Positions 1 to 11,820 are shown, numbered from the stretch's first letter. The stretch: 64,000 nucleotides of DNA from an uncultured bacterium (GCA_943787795.1 CALSNU010000004.1:480001-544000); one strand, 5' to 3'. Notes: generated by a model from the letters alone, not told the origin. Translations and numbers: made by a program.

Positions 1-107
1 GCAGCCGCCTCCGCAGCCGAGGACGGCTGAACAGCCGCGTCTCGGTCAGGGGCTCCTCGCCCGGACGCCGCGCCGTCGGCAGCGCCCTGATGGGTCGGTT
101 CGCTCAC
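1..107 (-). CDS. 5' end of a CDS running off the window edge (unknown product)
   Basis: GTG at 107 overlaps the TGA (104-106) of the upstream gene (GTGA coupling); the frame is open to position 1. Confidence 0.35.
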   Translation of the reverse strand, partial: MSEPTHQGAADGAASGRGAPDRDAAVQPSSAAEAA

Positions 108-1679
108 CGCTCCCCTCCCCCCGGCTGGGATCCGGCGTCGACCGGCGACCGCGCCTCGGACGTCGTGGGCGCCGCGCCGCGGGCGGCTGGCGCGTCGTTG
201 GGCCCTGCCGCGCTCGTCCCTTCGGCCGCCGACATCCAGCGGCGGAGGGCCTGTCGGCGCTCCGGAGCTGGGCCCAGGGGGTCATACCCCGGCACGGTCA
301 CCGAGAGGGTCCGGAGCCAGTCCGCCGCGCGAACCCGAGCTGCGGAGCTGGAGGACTCGAGCGCGATCTTGTTGTCCTCGATCATCCGCGACCGGAACGT
401 GGCGATCGAGGTGCTGGCGACGATGGCGTCCTGCACCACGCCCAGTTGGCGCCCGGCGTCGCCAGTGAACTGGAGCAGCAGCGCGCTGTATTCCTCGCCG
501 AGGGTGCCCTCTTCCAGGCCCTCCAGGAGCTCGATCAGCACGTCCCGCTCGAGGCGCCAGGCGAGCTCGTCCTTTTGACTCGCGAGGGCTCGCAGGACCT
601 GCCGGTCCACGACCAGTCCATCCGTGAACTGCTTGAGCAGCCCGTCGTCGGCCAGCAGCGCGAACTCACCCGCGAGCTGCGAATTCGTGCTGCTCGCGAG
701 GTTCATGAGCGCTGCGCGACTCGTAGCAGGGTCCGCGAGAGCATCGATGCTGTCCTGGAAACGGATCAGCTGGCGCTCCTGAAGCCGCAGCACCTGCCGG
801 CGCTGGGTCCCCTCCAGCGCGGCGTCCCGGACCTCCGCGCGGACCCTCTTGACCTGATCTTCGAGGCCCGGCTCGGCCCCCCCCATGGGCTGCGCCTCGA
901 GGATGAGCGCGATCCGGACATCGCCCTCGAGCTTGAAGGCCGGCTCGGTCATCAAGACCAGCGGGCTCCCGTCCAGGGGAAGCGCCTTGTCGAGAACCAG
1001 CACCTCGTCCCGCTGGACCTGGGTCACCTGCAGCTGGCCGCTGGCCCCATCGGAGAGGATGGTCTCCACCTGGTCCTGCACCGCGAGAGCCACCGAGAGC
1101 CCCGCCGTGGCGTCGCGGCCCTGCCACAGCTCGACCCCGAACTGACGGTCCACCAGCGCCTCCTGATGGAACTCGATCCCCCGAGCAAAGACGGAGTTCA
1201 TGCGCGTCGTGACCCCGGGCATGGAGATGCCGTTGAGGCGCGCCGTGCTCGCGCTCTGGGCCGGCGGGAGCGCCCTGAGCTCCTTGACGACTCGAGCCCC
1301 TTCCTCGCCTCCCAGGAGACGCGCGCCGAGCAGCACCTTGGGGTGAGCACCGACCGGCTCCGGCCCGTCGCTACCCAGGATCAACCGGACGTGCTGCGGG
1401 AGGGGTTCGGCCGTCTCCGGGATCGCCGCGCTGGTGATCAGGATCTCCAGGGAGACTCCCACGGCATCCCCACGTCGCAGAGACATGGAGACCGCCGCCC
1501 CCTCGTCCATGGGGCCCGCCACGGGGTCGCCGCCGTAGTAGGTGACAAAGGAGATCAGCTCAGGCTGTGGCAGCGGCTCCCCCGAGGCGGCGCAGCCGAC
1601 CCCAACGGCCCCTGTCGCCAGCACCAGAGCGGCCAGCGCTGAGTTGACGAGACGAGGGAGGAGAGAGGGGGGAGGTCAT
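104..1679 (-). CDS. hypothetical lipoprotein (~524 aa; probable +1 error in G-run 1667-1672)
   Basis: ORF 104..1624; removing one G joins ATG 1679 to give MTSPSLLPRLVNSALAALVLATGAVGVGC, a signal peptide ending in a lipobox-like Cys. Confidence 0.65.
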
Positions 1680-1727
1680 GGTCGCGTGGCTGAACATAGC
1701 CGGGCCTCCCGCCAAGCGCCGACGAAG

Positions 1728-3220
1728 TCAGCGCTTCTCCAGCGACCGCCACAAGCCGGTCGCAACTTCCTTCGCGCTCTCCTCCTCGGAGAGCTTGTCG
1801 AGCCCGGCGCGGAGCGAGCGAGCGGCGACGGGAAGCAGCTCCTCTGCGACATCCGCGTAGACCCGTCGAACCAGGCTTGCCTCCGACGCGGGCTCCGGGC
1901 TGAGGGCTCGCACGAGGGACGCCTCGCGCCGAGCGCGGTGCTCCAGGTAGCGGTCCAGGAGCGCCGGCCCGTCGCTGACCACCGGCCCGTGAGCCGGGTG
2001 CATGACCTCCCCCGACCCCATGAGGTCTCGAACCCGCTCCAGGCTCGTGAGATACGTCGCCAGGTGCCCGTCCGGTGGATCGATCACGATGGTGGAGACC
2101 GTGGAGACGAGGTCTCCACCCAGGACCGCGCCGTAGCGCGACTCCCGGAAGACCAGGTGGCCGCGGGCGTGCCCCGGCGTGTGGAGCGCCGTCAGGACCC
2201 ACCCGGGCTCGCCGTCGGGGGCCTCGCCGAGGGGCAGTTCCACGCCGTCGCCGAGGGCCCTCGTGTTGTCCACCGCCAGGGCGAGCCGTGAGAGCGTCTG
2301 CTCGTGGGCGAGGACCGGGACGTCATAGCGGCGAGCGGTGGCCTCCACGGCCCCCCACGTGGTCAGGGTGGTGGTGCGTCACCAGAATGCCCACCAGCTC
2401 AGCGCCCGCTGCGCAGCGCTCGTCGATCAGGTCGAAGAGCCGCTGCTGCTCGGCCGGGTCGGTCGGCGCGGGGTCCACCACGTAGAGGCGCCGCTCCCCC
2501 ACCAGGTAGGCGTTGGTGGTCGTGGCCGGAGGCAGAGTACGCGTCGCCAGCGGCGCCATGAGGATCCCGGGGACGTTCCGGATCGGGTGCAGCCTGCCGC
2601 TCTCAAGCTCGCGGCTACGGCCCTCCATGGCCTCCAGGAAGCCCTCCAACCCGAGCTCGAGCAGCTGCTCGAGCATGTAGAGGACCGGCGGCGCCACCAA
2701 CCGCTCCCCGCGCCTCCAGGACGCCAGGAGGTCCGCGGGGCGCTCGAAGGCACCGTCGACGAGCTCTCCCTCCAGGATCACGGGCTCGAACCCATCGGGC
2801 GCCTCCACATGGAGGAAGCGTGTCCGATAGAGGACCGGGGCGAAGGGCGGCGTGGTGAGCCTCGCGAACGGGCGCGCAGCGAGGAGCACCCCGGGCGAGC
2901 GATCCAGGATCGCCCGGACGCGATCACCCGCCTGGTCGTCGGCTCGATCGAGCAGGGCCGGCACGCTCCGCCATGGCAGCCTCAGCCCCCGCCGGCGCGA
3001 AGCCGACCTCCTCGACCAGCTCACGGAGGGCGCAGCGCCGATGGGCGTCGTCGTGGTCCTCATCACCGTCGTGGTCACAGGGATCGACCACGCCACCGGG
3101 GAACGCCCAGTAGCCGCCGAAGAAGCGCAGCTTGGGCGAGCGGCGAACCACGAGGACCTCTGGATCGTCCTCTGGACCTCGCGTCACGAGGACGGCGGTG
3201 GCGATTCGAGTCCGTTTCAT
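1728..3220 (-). CDS. NUDIX + metallo-beta-lactamase-fold hydrolase fusion (two apparent +1 frameshifts, ~2960 and ~2353)
   Basis: Nudix-box-like FPGGVVD...ALRELVEEVG in 2924..3220; MBL THHHPDH in 2323..3096; HTPGHARGH, GDLV and PAHG in 1728..2348. Confidence 0.85.
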
Positions 3221-3247
3221 GGGCCGAGGAGTCTACGATCAGCCGCC

Positions 3248-4438
3248 ATGCGCCGCGCCGCCCCTCGCCGATCCGCGCTCCGCTCTCCGCGGAGCGGCGC
3301 GGTCCTCCGCAAGGTCCTGCTCGCCCTCGTCGGGCTGGCGCTGATCTTCGAGACGGTTCCCCGCTGGTTCTCGATCCCTGGGCTCACACGGATCGAGCTG
3401 AACCCTCCCTACCTCGACAGCGCCGAGGACCGCGCGTTCGCGCCGCACCCCTACCTCCTCTACGCGCCCAAGCCCAACTACGGGCGCAGGGCTGACCCGG
3501 CGAGCCCGGGAGCCCGCAGCTTCGAGCACGGACCCCTGGGCTTTCGCGCCCCCGAGGTGACCCTCACCAAGCCGGAGGACACCCTGCGAATCGCCTGCGT
3601 CGGCGGCTCGAGCACCTACGGAACGGGTCCCTCCCGGGACGAGGCCACCTGGCCAGCCCGCCTCGGCGCCGCCCTCGCCGCAGGGCCCACGGGAGCCGTG
3701 GAGGTGCTCAACGCCGGCGTCCCCGCTTGGACGAGCTTCGAGTGCCTCACCGGCCTCGCCTTTCGCGTCCTCCCGATGCAGCCCGACGTGGTGCTCTTCT
3801 ACCTCTCGACGAACGACGCCGAGAGCGCCCTGTGGCCCGACCCTGTCGCGGACAACGTCCACTATCGGAGGGTGTGGCCGACCTTCCGCCCCTCGCCCCT
3901 CGAGTCCACCCTCGAGCGCAGCGTCCTGTACCTCGTGTGGCGCAGGTACTTCACCGATCACCTGCAGCAGCGGGCAGACCTTGGCTTCCAGTCGAAGCGC
4001 CTGCCCGAAGGCAGCGCTGGCGAGCGGCTGGCGCGCTACGAGGCGCCGGCGGTGGAGGGGCCCCTCCCGGACCAGGGCTTCGACAACTTCAGGCGCAACC
4101 TCCACTCCATGGTCGCCATGACCCGGGCCCACGGTGCCCGCCCAGTCCTGCTGACCCAGGCGATCTGGTCCGATGACCCCGACTCGAACCGGCTGCTGGA
4201 CGGCGCCCTACGGCTGCGCGCCCACCGCCGCATGACCGATGTTGTCCGGACCGTCGCCGCGGAGACCGGGGCGCCCCTGATCGAGGTCGCCGAGCACATG
4301 GAGGCGGCCGCCCGCGCCGAGGTGGACGCCACGGGGAGCCAGCAGATCTTCTCCGCCAACGTCCACCTGACCGACGCAGGCGCGGGGCGCCTTGCTGACC
4401 TCCTGGCCCTGGAGCTCGCGCGCCTCGGCCTGCTCTGA
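3248..4438 (+). CDS. membrane-anchored SGNH/GDSL hydrolase family protein
   Basis: N-terminal TM helix; blocks GGSSTYG, NAGVP, STND and NVHLT. Confidence 0.8.
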   Translation: MRRAAPRRSALRSPRSGAVLRKVLLALVGLALIFETVPRWFSIPGLTRIELNPPYLDSAEDRAFAPHPYLLYAPKPNYGRRADPASPGARSFEHGPLGFRAPEVTLTKPEDTLRIACVGGSSTYGTGPSRDEATWPARLGAALAAGPTGAVEVLNAGVPAWTSFECLTGLAFRVLPMQPDVVLFYLSTNDAESALWPDPVADNVHYRRVWPTFRPSPLESTLERSVLYLVWRRYFTDHLQQRADLGFQSKRLPEGSAGERLARYEAPAVEGPLPDQGFDNFRRNLHSMVAMTRAHGARPVLLTQAIWSDDPDSNRLLDGALRLRAHRRMTDVVRTVAAETGAPLIEVAEHMEAAARAEVDATGSQQIFSANVHLTDAGAGRLADLLALELARLGLL

Positions 4439-4443
4439 ACGAT

Positions 4444-4476
4444 CCCTGAATCGGGAGCGACCTGCCCGATTCAGGG
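4444..4476 (+). terminator. 12-bp stem hairpin after the SGNH gene
   Basis: CCCTGAATCGGG-N9-CCCGATTCAGGG perfect inverted repeat; no strong U-tract. Confidence 0.45.
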
Positions 4477-4495
4477 GTGAATCAAGCTCGCACCC

Positions 4496-5593
4496 GTGCC
4501 ACATGAGCCCATGCCTGAGGCCATCGCCAGCGTCCGCGTGCTCCACCTGCTCCCCCACCAGGGCGTCGGGGGCCTCCAGCGCTCGGTCATCGACTTCGTG
4601 CGCCACGAGCGCATGGACGGCGCCACCGACGAGATCGTCCTCACGGAGCGGGCCCTCGACACCGACGGCGACTTCATGGCGCCGGCGACCCCCGTTCACT
4701 TCCTGGGGCTCACCGATGCCCGCCTCGCCGTCCGAGCCGCTCGCCTCGCCGACCTCGCCGCCTCCCGCGGCGCGAGGACCATTCACGCCTACACCTCGGC
4801 CGACCTACTGATCGCCGCGGCCGCTTGCAGCAGCCCAGGCGGGCCCCGGCTCATCGCAACCCTCTTCGAGCGGCCCACCGCCCAGGGCTTCCTCGACCGC
4901 CGACGGCTCCGCCGCGCCGTCCAGGCGGCCGACAAGCTGTTCGTCCCGACCCCGGCGCTCCGCGAAGACTGGCGCAGCCTTGGCCGTGAGCCCGAGGTTC
5001 GGCTCGCCGCCGTGGACATCCAGCGCTTTCACCCGCAGTCGTCCGAGGGCGCATGGAGCGGGGTCTTCCTGGAGGACCCCGAGACGCTGCTGGTCGGCTC
5101 ACTCATGCGCGCCACCCAGGACAAGGCCCCGGAGGTGCTGATCGAGGCCGTCGAGCGCCGGCAGGCCGCCGGGCGGCCAACGGCCCTGATGCTCGTCGGT
5201 GACGGCCCCCGTTTCGAAGCACTGAAGGCGCGGTCCAAGGGCTCCTCGACGCTCCACGTGCGACGACGAGTGCTCGACGCCCCGGGCTTCTTCGGACGCA
5301 TCGACGTCTTCGCGCTCCAGTGCCCCGACGAGCTCGTACCCGTGAGCCTGGTGGAGGCCCTCGCTTGCGGACGGCCCGCCGTGGTGGCCGACTCCGGTCC
5401 GGTGGCCGAGCTGGTCGGCGCCGATGTGGTGGACCTCGTCCCCCACGGCGACGTGGAGGCGGTGGTCAAGGCTCTCGACGGCCTGCACCTGCTGAGCCAG
5501 CGGAACGAGCGCGGCTTCGCCGCCCGTCAGCGCGCCGTGGAGCGCCACGCCCTCGGCAGGCTCCGGTCCGAGCTCAGCTCGGCCTACACCTGA
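4496..5593 (+). CDS. glycosyltransferase family 4 (GT-B)
   Basis: VLHLL...GGLQRSV N-terminus; LVGDGP; PVSLVEALACGRPAVV motif. Confidence 0.85.
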   Translation: MPHEPMPEAIASVRVLHLLPHQGVGGLQRSVIDFVRHERMDGATDEIVLTERALDTDGDFMAPATPVHFLGLTDARLAVRAARLADLAASRGARTIHAYTSADLLIAAAACSSPGGPRLIATLFERPTAQGFLDRRRLRRAVQAADKLFVPTPALREDWRSLGREPEVRLAAVDIQRFHPQSSEGAWSGVFLEDPETLLVGSLMRATQDKAPEVLIEAVERRQAAGRPTALMLVGDGPRFEALKARSKGSSTLHVRRRVLDAPGFFGRIDVFALQCPDELVPVSLVEALACGRPAVVADSGPVAELVGADVVDLVPHGDVEAVVKALDGLHLLSQRNERGFAARQRAVERHALGRLRSELSSAYT

Positions 5594-5797
5594 GCCCGGG
5601 CACCCGCTTCACGGGCCAGGGCGCAGGCTCGCCCATCCGGCGACGCACGCCCCCATGCGTGCCGCGTGCCCCCTCAAGCCGACCGCTCGGTTGAGGGGAC
5701 CGGCCGGAGCGGCGGCGGGTCATGCCGCGAGCCCATGGGATCAGCGAGGCGCTCTCCGGCGAACCCAGAAGCGATGGGGCAGGCGACGAGCGAAGGG

Positions 5798-8700
5798 TCA
5801 GGCCACGAGCGAGGGCGCGTCCGCGGTTCGAGACTCAGCCGACACGGTCAACAGGTCAGCCACCGCGTCGACTCCCAGGCCTCGAAGCGCCGCGAGTTCA
5901 CCCTCGGCTCGCCAGATGTGGGCGAGTTCGGTCAGGTACTCGTGCAGCTGTCTCGAGCATGGCCGTCGCGAGCTCCACGCCCTCTGCACCAGTGCGCTCG
6001 AACGAGCCGATGTGCACCTGGCTCAGCTCTTCTGCGAAGCCCTCGGCCCGTGCCCTGTCAGGCAGAGTCTGCACCACGAGGTCGTCGTGCAGGCCGACTG
6101 TGCCAGCCAGGCGATCCCGCCAGATCCGATGTCGACCGGCCGCAGGGTGGGCCGCGACGATCTGGAGTTCGCTCGCAGCGCGCTCTCGAGTCCATTGACG
6201 AAGGCCCTCGAAGGTCCACTCCTTGTGGTGCTCGACATGTGCTTCGTCCCGATGGACCACCCGCACTCCGGCGAGGTCCTGAAGACGGAAGCCCAGCTCG
6301 AGGTCGACGCTCCCCGCGAAGCACTCCTCCTCGGCAACGCCACCGACCTCGAGGACGGCGCGACGGGAGACGCTGGCATTGCACAGGCGGAAGGCCGTCC
6401 AGTCGTGGAGGCGTGTGACGTCGAGAGGGGCGGAGAGCGAACCGAGGTCCTGCCCCTCGAGCGAGCGCATCAGCGCGTTGCTGCCCGTGGCAGGGGCCCC
6501 CGTCACCGCGCCGACCACGGCCCGATCCGGCCCCGTCTCGTCGTGTGCAACGAGGTGGCGCTGGACGAGGTCCGGGGCGGCGGCGGTGTCCCCGTCAAGG
6601 AAGAGCACCAGCTCGGCGCGCGCTGCGCGGAGCCCGGCGTTCCAGGCTGCCGGCGCCGAGGCCCCGGCGAGCTGAATCCGCTGAACGGGGATGATCGGTG
6701 ACCAGGAGTCAAGCCAGGCGCCGCCTTCAGCGGAGGCGCCGTGGTCCACCAGCACCACCTCGAACCGGCCGGCCGCCGTCTGATCTTCGAGCGACCTCAT
6801 GCAGCGGCGGAGCGCCTGGGCGCTGCCCTCTGCACAGACAATGACGGAGAGCGCAGGTTGGACCTGCTCTCCTTCCCCGTGGACCTCCGGGCAGGTGACC
6901 GACGGACCGTCGCAGCCCGCTCGCTCGCAGAGCTCTCGGTAGGTCTCCGTGATCGAGGCCCTGACGGGGACCTGGACCTGGCTCCGCGGGGACCCGGTCA
7001 CTGCACGGAGCGGCGACGGCTGGAGCTGCTGGCCGACGAACGCCTCGAGGCGCGCGCGGCCCTCTTCCGAGTCCAGCTCATCCGCGTGGATGAACAGCCA
7101 CTCCCCCTCGCCGGAGTGCTCATCGAGGATCCGGCGGTAATTCTGAGCCCAGATCTCGGTGGCCCCCTCGAAGTCGAGGGTGACCCCGCCGTACTCGGGC
7201 ACGCGGACCAGGGCCCTCAGGGCCTCATCGGCCGCAGCCGCAGGGTCGTCGAAGACGCAGACGAACTTCGCGTCCCCGAGGGAGGGCCGCCAGGCGGAGA
7301 GCGTGTGGCAGAAGCGGGGATCCCCCTCGACGGGGCGGCCCTCGGCCAGGAGCCGGTCCATGCGGTCCCGAAGATCGGACTCGACGTTGAACTGAAGCGC
7401 CCCTTCCGCGCGGACGAAGCGCTGCTGAAGGCGCGCCATGGGCTCCCCGTCGCGGACCGCGTCGCTCAGCAGGAACTCGTTGATCGCGACCGTCTCTGAC
7501 ACCGCCTGCGGGGCGCTGGGCGCCGGGCCGAAGAGCAGGGCGTGGGCGGCCCCCAGCGCATCGTCCGAGGCTCCGACCACCACGAGGGGCCGTTCGAGAG
7601 TCGGCGGCGCAGGCGAGTGCGACGCCTCTCGGGGCTGTTCCCGGGGCGCCACGCGGGCCGCCTCCTCGCTCGGTGCGGGGGAGGGCTGGTGCGCGACGTT
7701 CGAGCCCGCTCCGGCCGGCGTCGCTGCCGGCTCCGAGGCAGCCAGCGCCGGATGCTCCGCGCCAGGCCAAGTCGGCGGCGCCGCGTCAGGTGCAGGCAGA
7801 TTGAAGCGCAGCTGCGACTCGGTGGCCTCACCGAGCTGCGGGAGCTGGACTCTTGAGTAGTCGAAGAGCGGCGCGTCGCCGGCTGCGGGGCTCCACTTGG
7901 CCAGGAACGCGCGCCAGTTTTGCTCCATCCAGCCGTTGTGGCGCTCCACCTTGGCGGGGCCGTCGTAGAAGGCGTGATAGACGAAGGTGTCCCGCGCCAC
8001 CCGGTTCCGCCACCCCGAGAGGCGGACCCGCAGCGCGATGTCGTCGTCCTCGAATCCCCAGGGAGAGAAGGCCTCGTCGAACCCTCCGATGCGGTCCAGG
8101 ACCTCTCCCCTCACCAGGACGCCCAAGGACGTGAAGAGGACCGAGTCCATTCCCCGTCGCGGCGCCGAGTCGAAGTGGGTGTCGGCGAATCGCTGGAGCT
8201 CCTGCTGCTCGTCGGAGCCGTGGTACTCCACCACCTGGTGCTTGGAGGCTCGGTTCGCGCAGAGGGGGATCGAGCCGACGGCCGGATCCACTGCGCCGTG
8301 GTAGAGGGCCCGGTCGAGCCAGCCCTCCGGGACGAAGACGTCATTGTCCAGGAAGGCGACCCACTCTCCCTGAGCGTGACGGATCGCCTGGTTCCTCGCG
8401 CGCGGCGCGCCGAAGTTGAAGGGGTTGCGAATGAGCGTGATGTCCGGCTGCGCCTCCAACCACTCGGCGCTGCCGTCCGTCGAGCCGTTGTCCACGATGA
8501 GGATCTCCTGCGGGTAGCGGGCGTCGGCGCCACGGCGCAGGGACTCGATGCAGCGCTGCGTGTTTGCCAGGGCGTCGCACGAGACCGCGATGATGCTCAC
8601 GCTCGTCCCTTCGGGCGCGCTATCCCGGCTGACCACCCGGAAGTCGACGCCCGTGTGCTCGAAGTAGAGGCCGCACAGTCGGGGGAACTGCGCCGCGGCC

Positions 8701-9647
8701 GAGACCACGGCGGCGAGCTCTGTGATCTGCTCAGGCGTGAGGTCCGTGCCGGCCGGCTGGGCATCGAGCTGTTCGAGCAGGTCTTGGTTGAGCTCTGACG
8801 CCTCACGCTGCTGCTCGAGGAGATCGATGAAGTCTGGCCGGAGCCCGTCTGCCGTCACGGTCCCCTCATCAAAGAAGACGTCCGGGGCGCCGACCTTGCT
8901 CCCGAGGCGCAGCTGATAGCGGCCCAGCTCGAAGGCCCGCTCAAAGAAGCTCTCGGCCGTGATGACGTGGTCGTGGTGCGCCACGCAACTCGCGCTGTGG
9001 ACCACTTGCACGCCCTGCTCTTCGAGGCGCAGGCCCAGGTCGAGCCCCTCGCAGATCGGCTGGTCGAAGTTGACCTCGTCGAATCCTCCGACGGATACGA
9101 AGGTCTCGGTGGGTGCGCTCAGGTTGGACGTCCAGAAGAACGGCCACCCGTAGCGTTCCCCGTCCTGGAGCGCGGAGAAGTGCTGGAAGAGGTCGGTCTC
9201 ATCGAGGAGGCGGGTGAAGGGGGCCTGACGCGCCTCCTCCGAGAAGCGGAACGAGCCGAGCACCGCGCAGGCCCCATCGAGCTGAGCGTGCGCCGCCACG
9301 TGCTGCTCGAGCAGGTTGGGCGCGGGGACCGCGTCATCGGTGAGCAGCAGGACGAGGGGTCCGGCGGCGAGGGCCAACCCGACGTTGCGAGCCGAGGCCG
9401 GGCCTCCCCATGCTTGGTGGGTCACGCGGCAGCGGTACGGGACGCTGTTCAGGTCGAACGCGAGCGCCGGCTGGCTGCCATCATCAACGACGATGACCTC
9501 GAAGGCCTCCGCGGGGAGCGTCTGCTCGGCGAGCATCCAGAGGAGCCGCGTCGCCGACTCGGGCCGCCCGTGGGTCGGCACGATGACGCTGATCTGGAGC
9601 ATGGCGGGGAGGGCGGAAGCGGACTCGTTCAAGCGCTCGTTCTTCAT
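5798..9647 (-). CDS. multidomain GT2 glycosyltransferase (3 GT-A domains + degenerate sulfotransferase-like domain); probable +1 frameshift near 5950
   Basis: Three SVIV/VD[DNH]G/FL(D)xD modules; ORF 5898..9647 continues in frame 5798..5989. Confidence 0.85.
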
Positions 9648-10026
9648 GATCGGTGATTCGAGGGGCTGGCGGGGGTGCCGGGGCCCTCGGATCGAGCATC
9701 GAGCGAATGTGCGTTTCCCTTGAGCAGCTTCCGGCAGGTTCCTCGCCTCCCCCCTGGGAACGCTCCCCCTCCGTGCCTCCCCCTACCTCCGCCGGCCCCT
9801 CGTCGACCCGGCCCATGCGCCAGGCGCCCCGAGAGCCCCTCTGGGCTCCCTGGGCCCCTCAGGCGGACCGTTGGAAGCTGGCCTGGGCTTCGAGGGCATC
9901 GATCGCTGGCCGGTGCGATGCCGTCGGGAGCACGCGCCTCGCGCCAGCCGGCGCCCATGGGTCCATTGGTCCGGCGCTCGGTGGCCCAGCGGTCCAGCGG
10001 CCACCGCTCAGGGTGCGCCCTCGAGT

Positions 10027-11820
10027 TCAGCGCAAGGTGACGGCGACGGCCTCGGTGAGGTTGCTGGTCGCCCCGCCGCCCAGCTGCACGTCGCGGTACC
10101 AGGCCTGGAAGTAGAGGGTCTCTCCAGGCTCCGGACGGCCGCTGGCTCCCCACCCGGGCAGGTCCATGAGGTCGACCTGCAGCGCGGCGACCCCGGCGGC
10201 GCTCGCGGGACCGGCCTCACCGGCCCCGAGGAAGCGTGCCACGGCGCCCCCCAGGCAGAGTTGCCCCTGACTCCCTCCGGGTTGGAGCACGAGAGCCGGC
10301 ACCCGGCTCACCATGAAGACGGCGCCCGCCCCAGGCGGAAGACCCGTCGCCCGCAAGCTCAGGTCGTTGGTGGCGAGGACGTTCGAACCCAGAGCGATCA
10401 ATCGCGCCCCCTCCCCGGTGGAATTGGAGATGCCGCTGCAGATCACCGAGCCGAGACCGGGGTCCAGGGCCAGACGCAGAAGGGCCTGGCCCTCCCGCGC
10501 CCCCGAGGCGCTGCGCAGCGTCACGACGACGAGGAGGTCCAGGGCGTCGGTGAGCAGCAGGTCCTCCTCTCCGAAGGAGTCAATATAGAGCCCGTCATTC
10601 GCCCAGCCGTCGCCATCGAGGTCGACCCCGTCCCCCTCTCGCGCCACGACGTGGCTTCCGTTCAGGACCGCCACGGTGTCGAACTCCGGTTGGAGCTGAT
10701 CGGTGGTTCCGATGACCACAACATCACCCATCCGGTTCCCGGCCACACCGACAAACCCATCCGCCAGCCGTGAGTCATCCCAATGCTCCATCGCCCCCGG
10801 CACGACGGGGCCCCCCGTGGCGCAGAGCAGCGCGGGCCCAGCTCCGCTGCCGATCGCAGGTGAGCCGCTGACCACCCAGTCATCCCCCGTCGCGGCGTTC
10901 GAGCCGCGCGCGAACCAGCGGCCTCCTCCATCCATGGAGGCCCCGTGAATCCCGTTGGTGGCGATGGGCTCCGCGAAGCCTGAGTCGGGTACCGCGCTCC
11001 CCTCCTGGAGCACGACCCGGCCATCCACAAGCACAACGTCATCACGCCCGGTGGGCCCCTCGAGGTCCCCCAGGACCAGCCAACTCGATCCATCGAGCGC
11101 GGCCCAGAAGTCGCCGAGGTCCAGGTTCTCCAGGGGATGCTGCCCGTTCATCGACTGCCCCTGAGGGACCGACACGCCCTCCTGCAGGAGCAGCTCATCG
11201 CCGAGGATGAGCACCTCGTCCTCTCCGGTGGAAGCGACGCCGTCGATGCCATCGGCGGCGTATCCGACCCGTCCATCGTCCAGGACCACAGGCGAGTCGA
11301 TCGCGTCGTCAAGGCGTGCGTGAGCTAGCCCTGGGACGGGGTCGCCCTCCCGTGCGGCCACCTCCCATGCGCCAGCGGCCCAGCGCACGGGCAAGTAATC
11401 GTCGAGGGCGCTCGCGGAGGTGTTGGTGGCGAACACGAGGTCGCCTCTCCCGTTGATGGCGCAGCGACGGTCCAGAGTCCCGCACCGCTCCCCTCCCTGG
11501 GCCCAGGGCGCGACGTCCCCCTCTCGAAGCACGAGCTCTCCGTCAGCGATCAGGCACTCGTCCTCCCCGGAGGGCAGGTCGGCGTGGGCGGTGAGGATCC
11601 AGTGCCCGGCGGGGTGGCCGTAGATGCGGTCGAAGTGCCCCGTGCCGGTCCCCGGCTCGAACACCGTCCCGGGAAGACCAGGAACTTCGGAGCGAGAGGC
11701 CCCCACGATGTTGGTCAGCAAGACCTCGGGGACCGCCCCTTGGGTCGGGAACGCCGGGATGGCGAGCGCGGAGGAGGCGGAGAGGACGAGGGTAGCGAGG
11801 GTCTGGAGGGCGCGGTGCAT
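10027..11820 (-). CDS. secreted repeat-rich protein with a conserved-looking C-terminal domain
   Basis: Signal peptide (LVLSASSALA); repeated L[LQ][QR]EG/AREGD units; C-terminal NSTG...GSQGQLCLGG...FQAWYRD. Confidence 0.75.
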   Translation of the reverse strand: MHRALQTLATLVLSASSALAIPAFPTQGAVPEVLLTNIVGASRSEVPGLPGTVFEPGTGTGHFDRIYGHPAGHWILTAHADLPSGEDECLIADGELVLREGDVAPWAQGGERCGTLDRRCAINGRGDLVFATNTSASALDDYLPVRWAAGAWEVAAREGDPVPGLAHARLDDAIDSPVVLDDGRVGYAADGIDGVASTGEDEVLILGDELLLQEGVSVPQGQSMNGQHPLENLDLGDFWAALDGSSWLVLGDLEGPTGRDDVVLVDGRVVLQEGSAVPDSGFAEPIATNGIHGASMDGGGRWFARGSNAATGDDWVVSGSPAIGSGAGPALLCATGGPVVPGAMEHWDDSRLADGFVGVAGNRMGDVVVIGTTDQLQPEFDTVAVLNGSHVVAREGDGVDLDGDGWANDGLYIDSFGEEDLLLTDALDLLVVVTLRSASGAREGQALLRLALDPGLGSVICSGISNSTGEGARLIALGSNVLATNDLSLRATGLPPGAGAVFMVSRVPALVLQPGGSQGQLCLGGAVARFLGAGEAGPASAAGVAALQVDLMDLPGWGASGRPEPGETLYFQAWYRDVQLGGGATSNLTEAVAVTLR

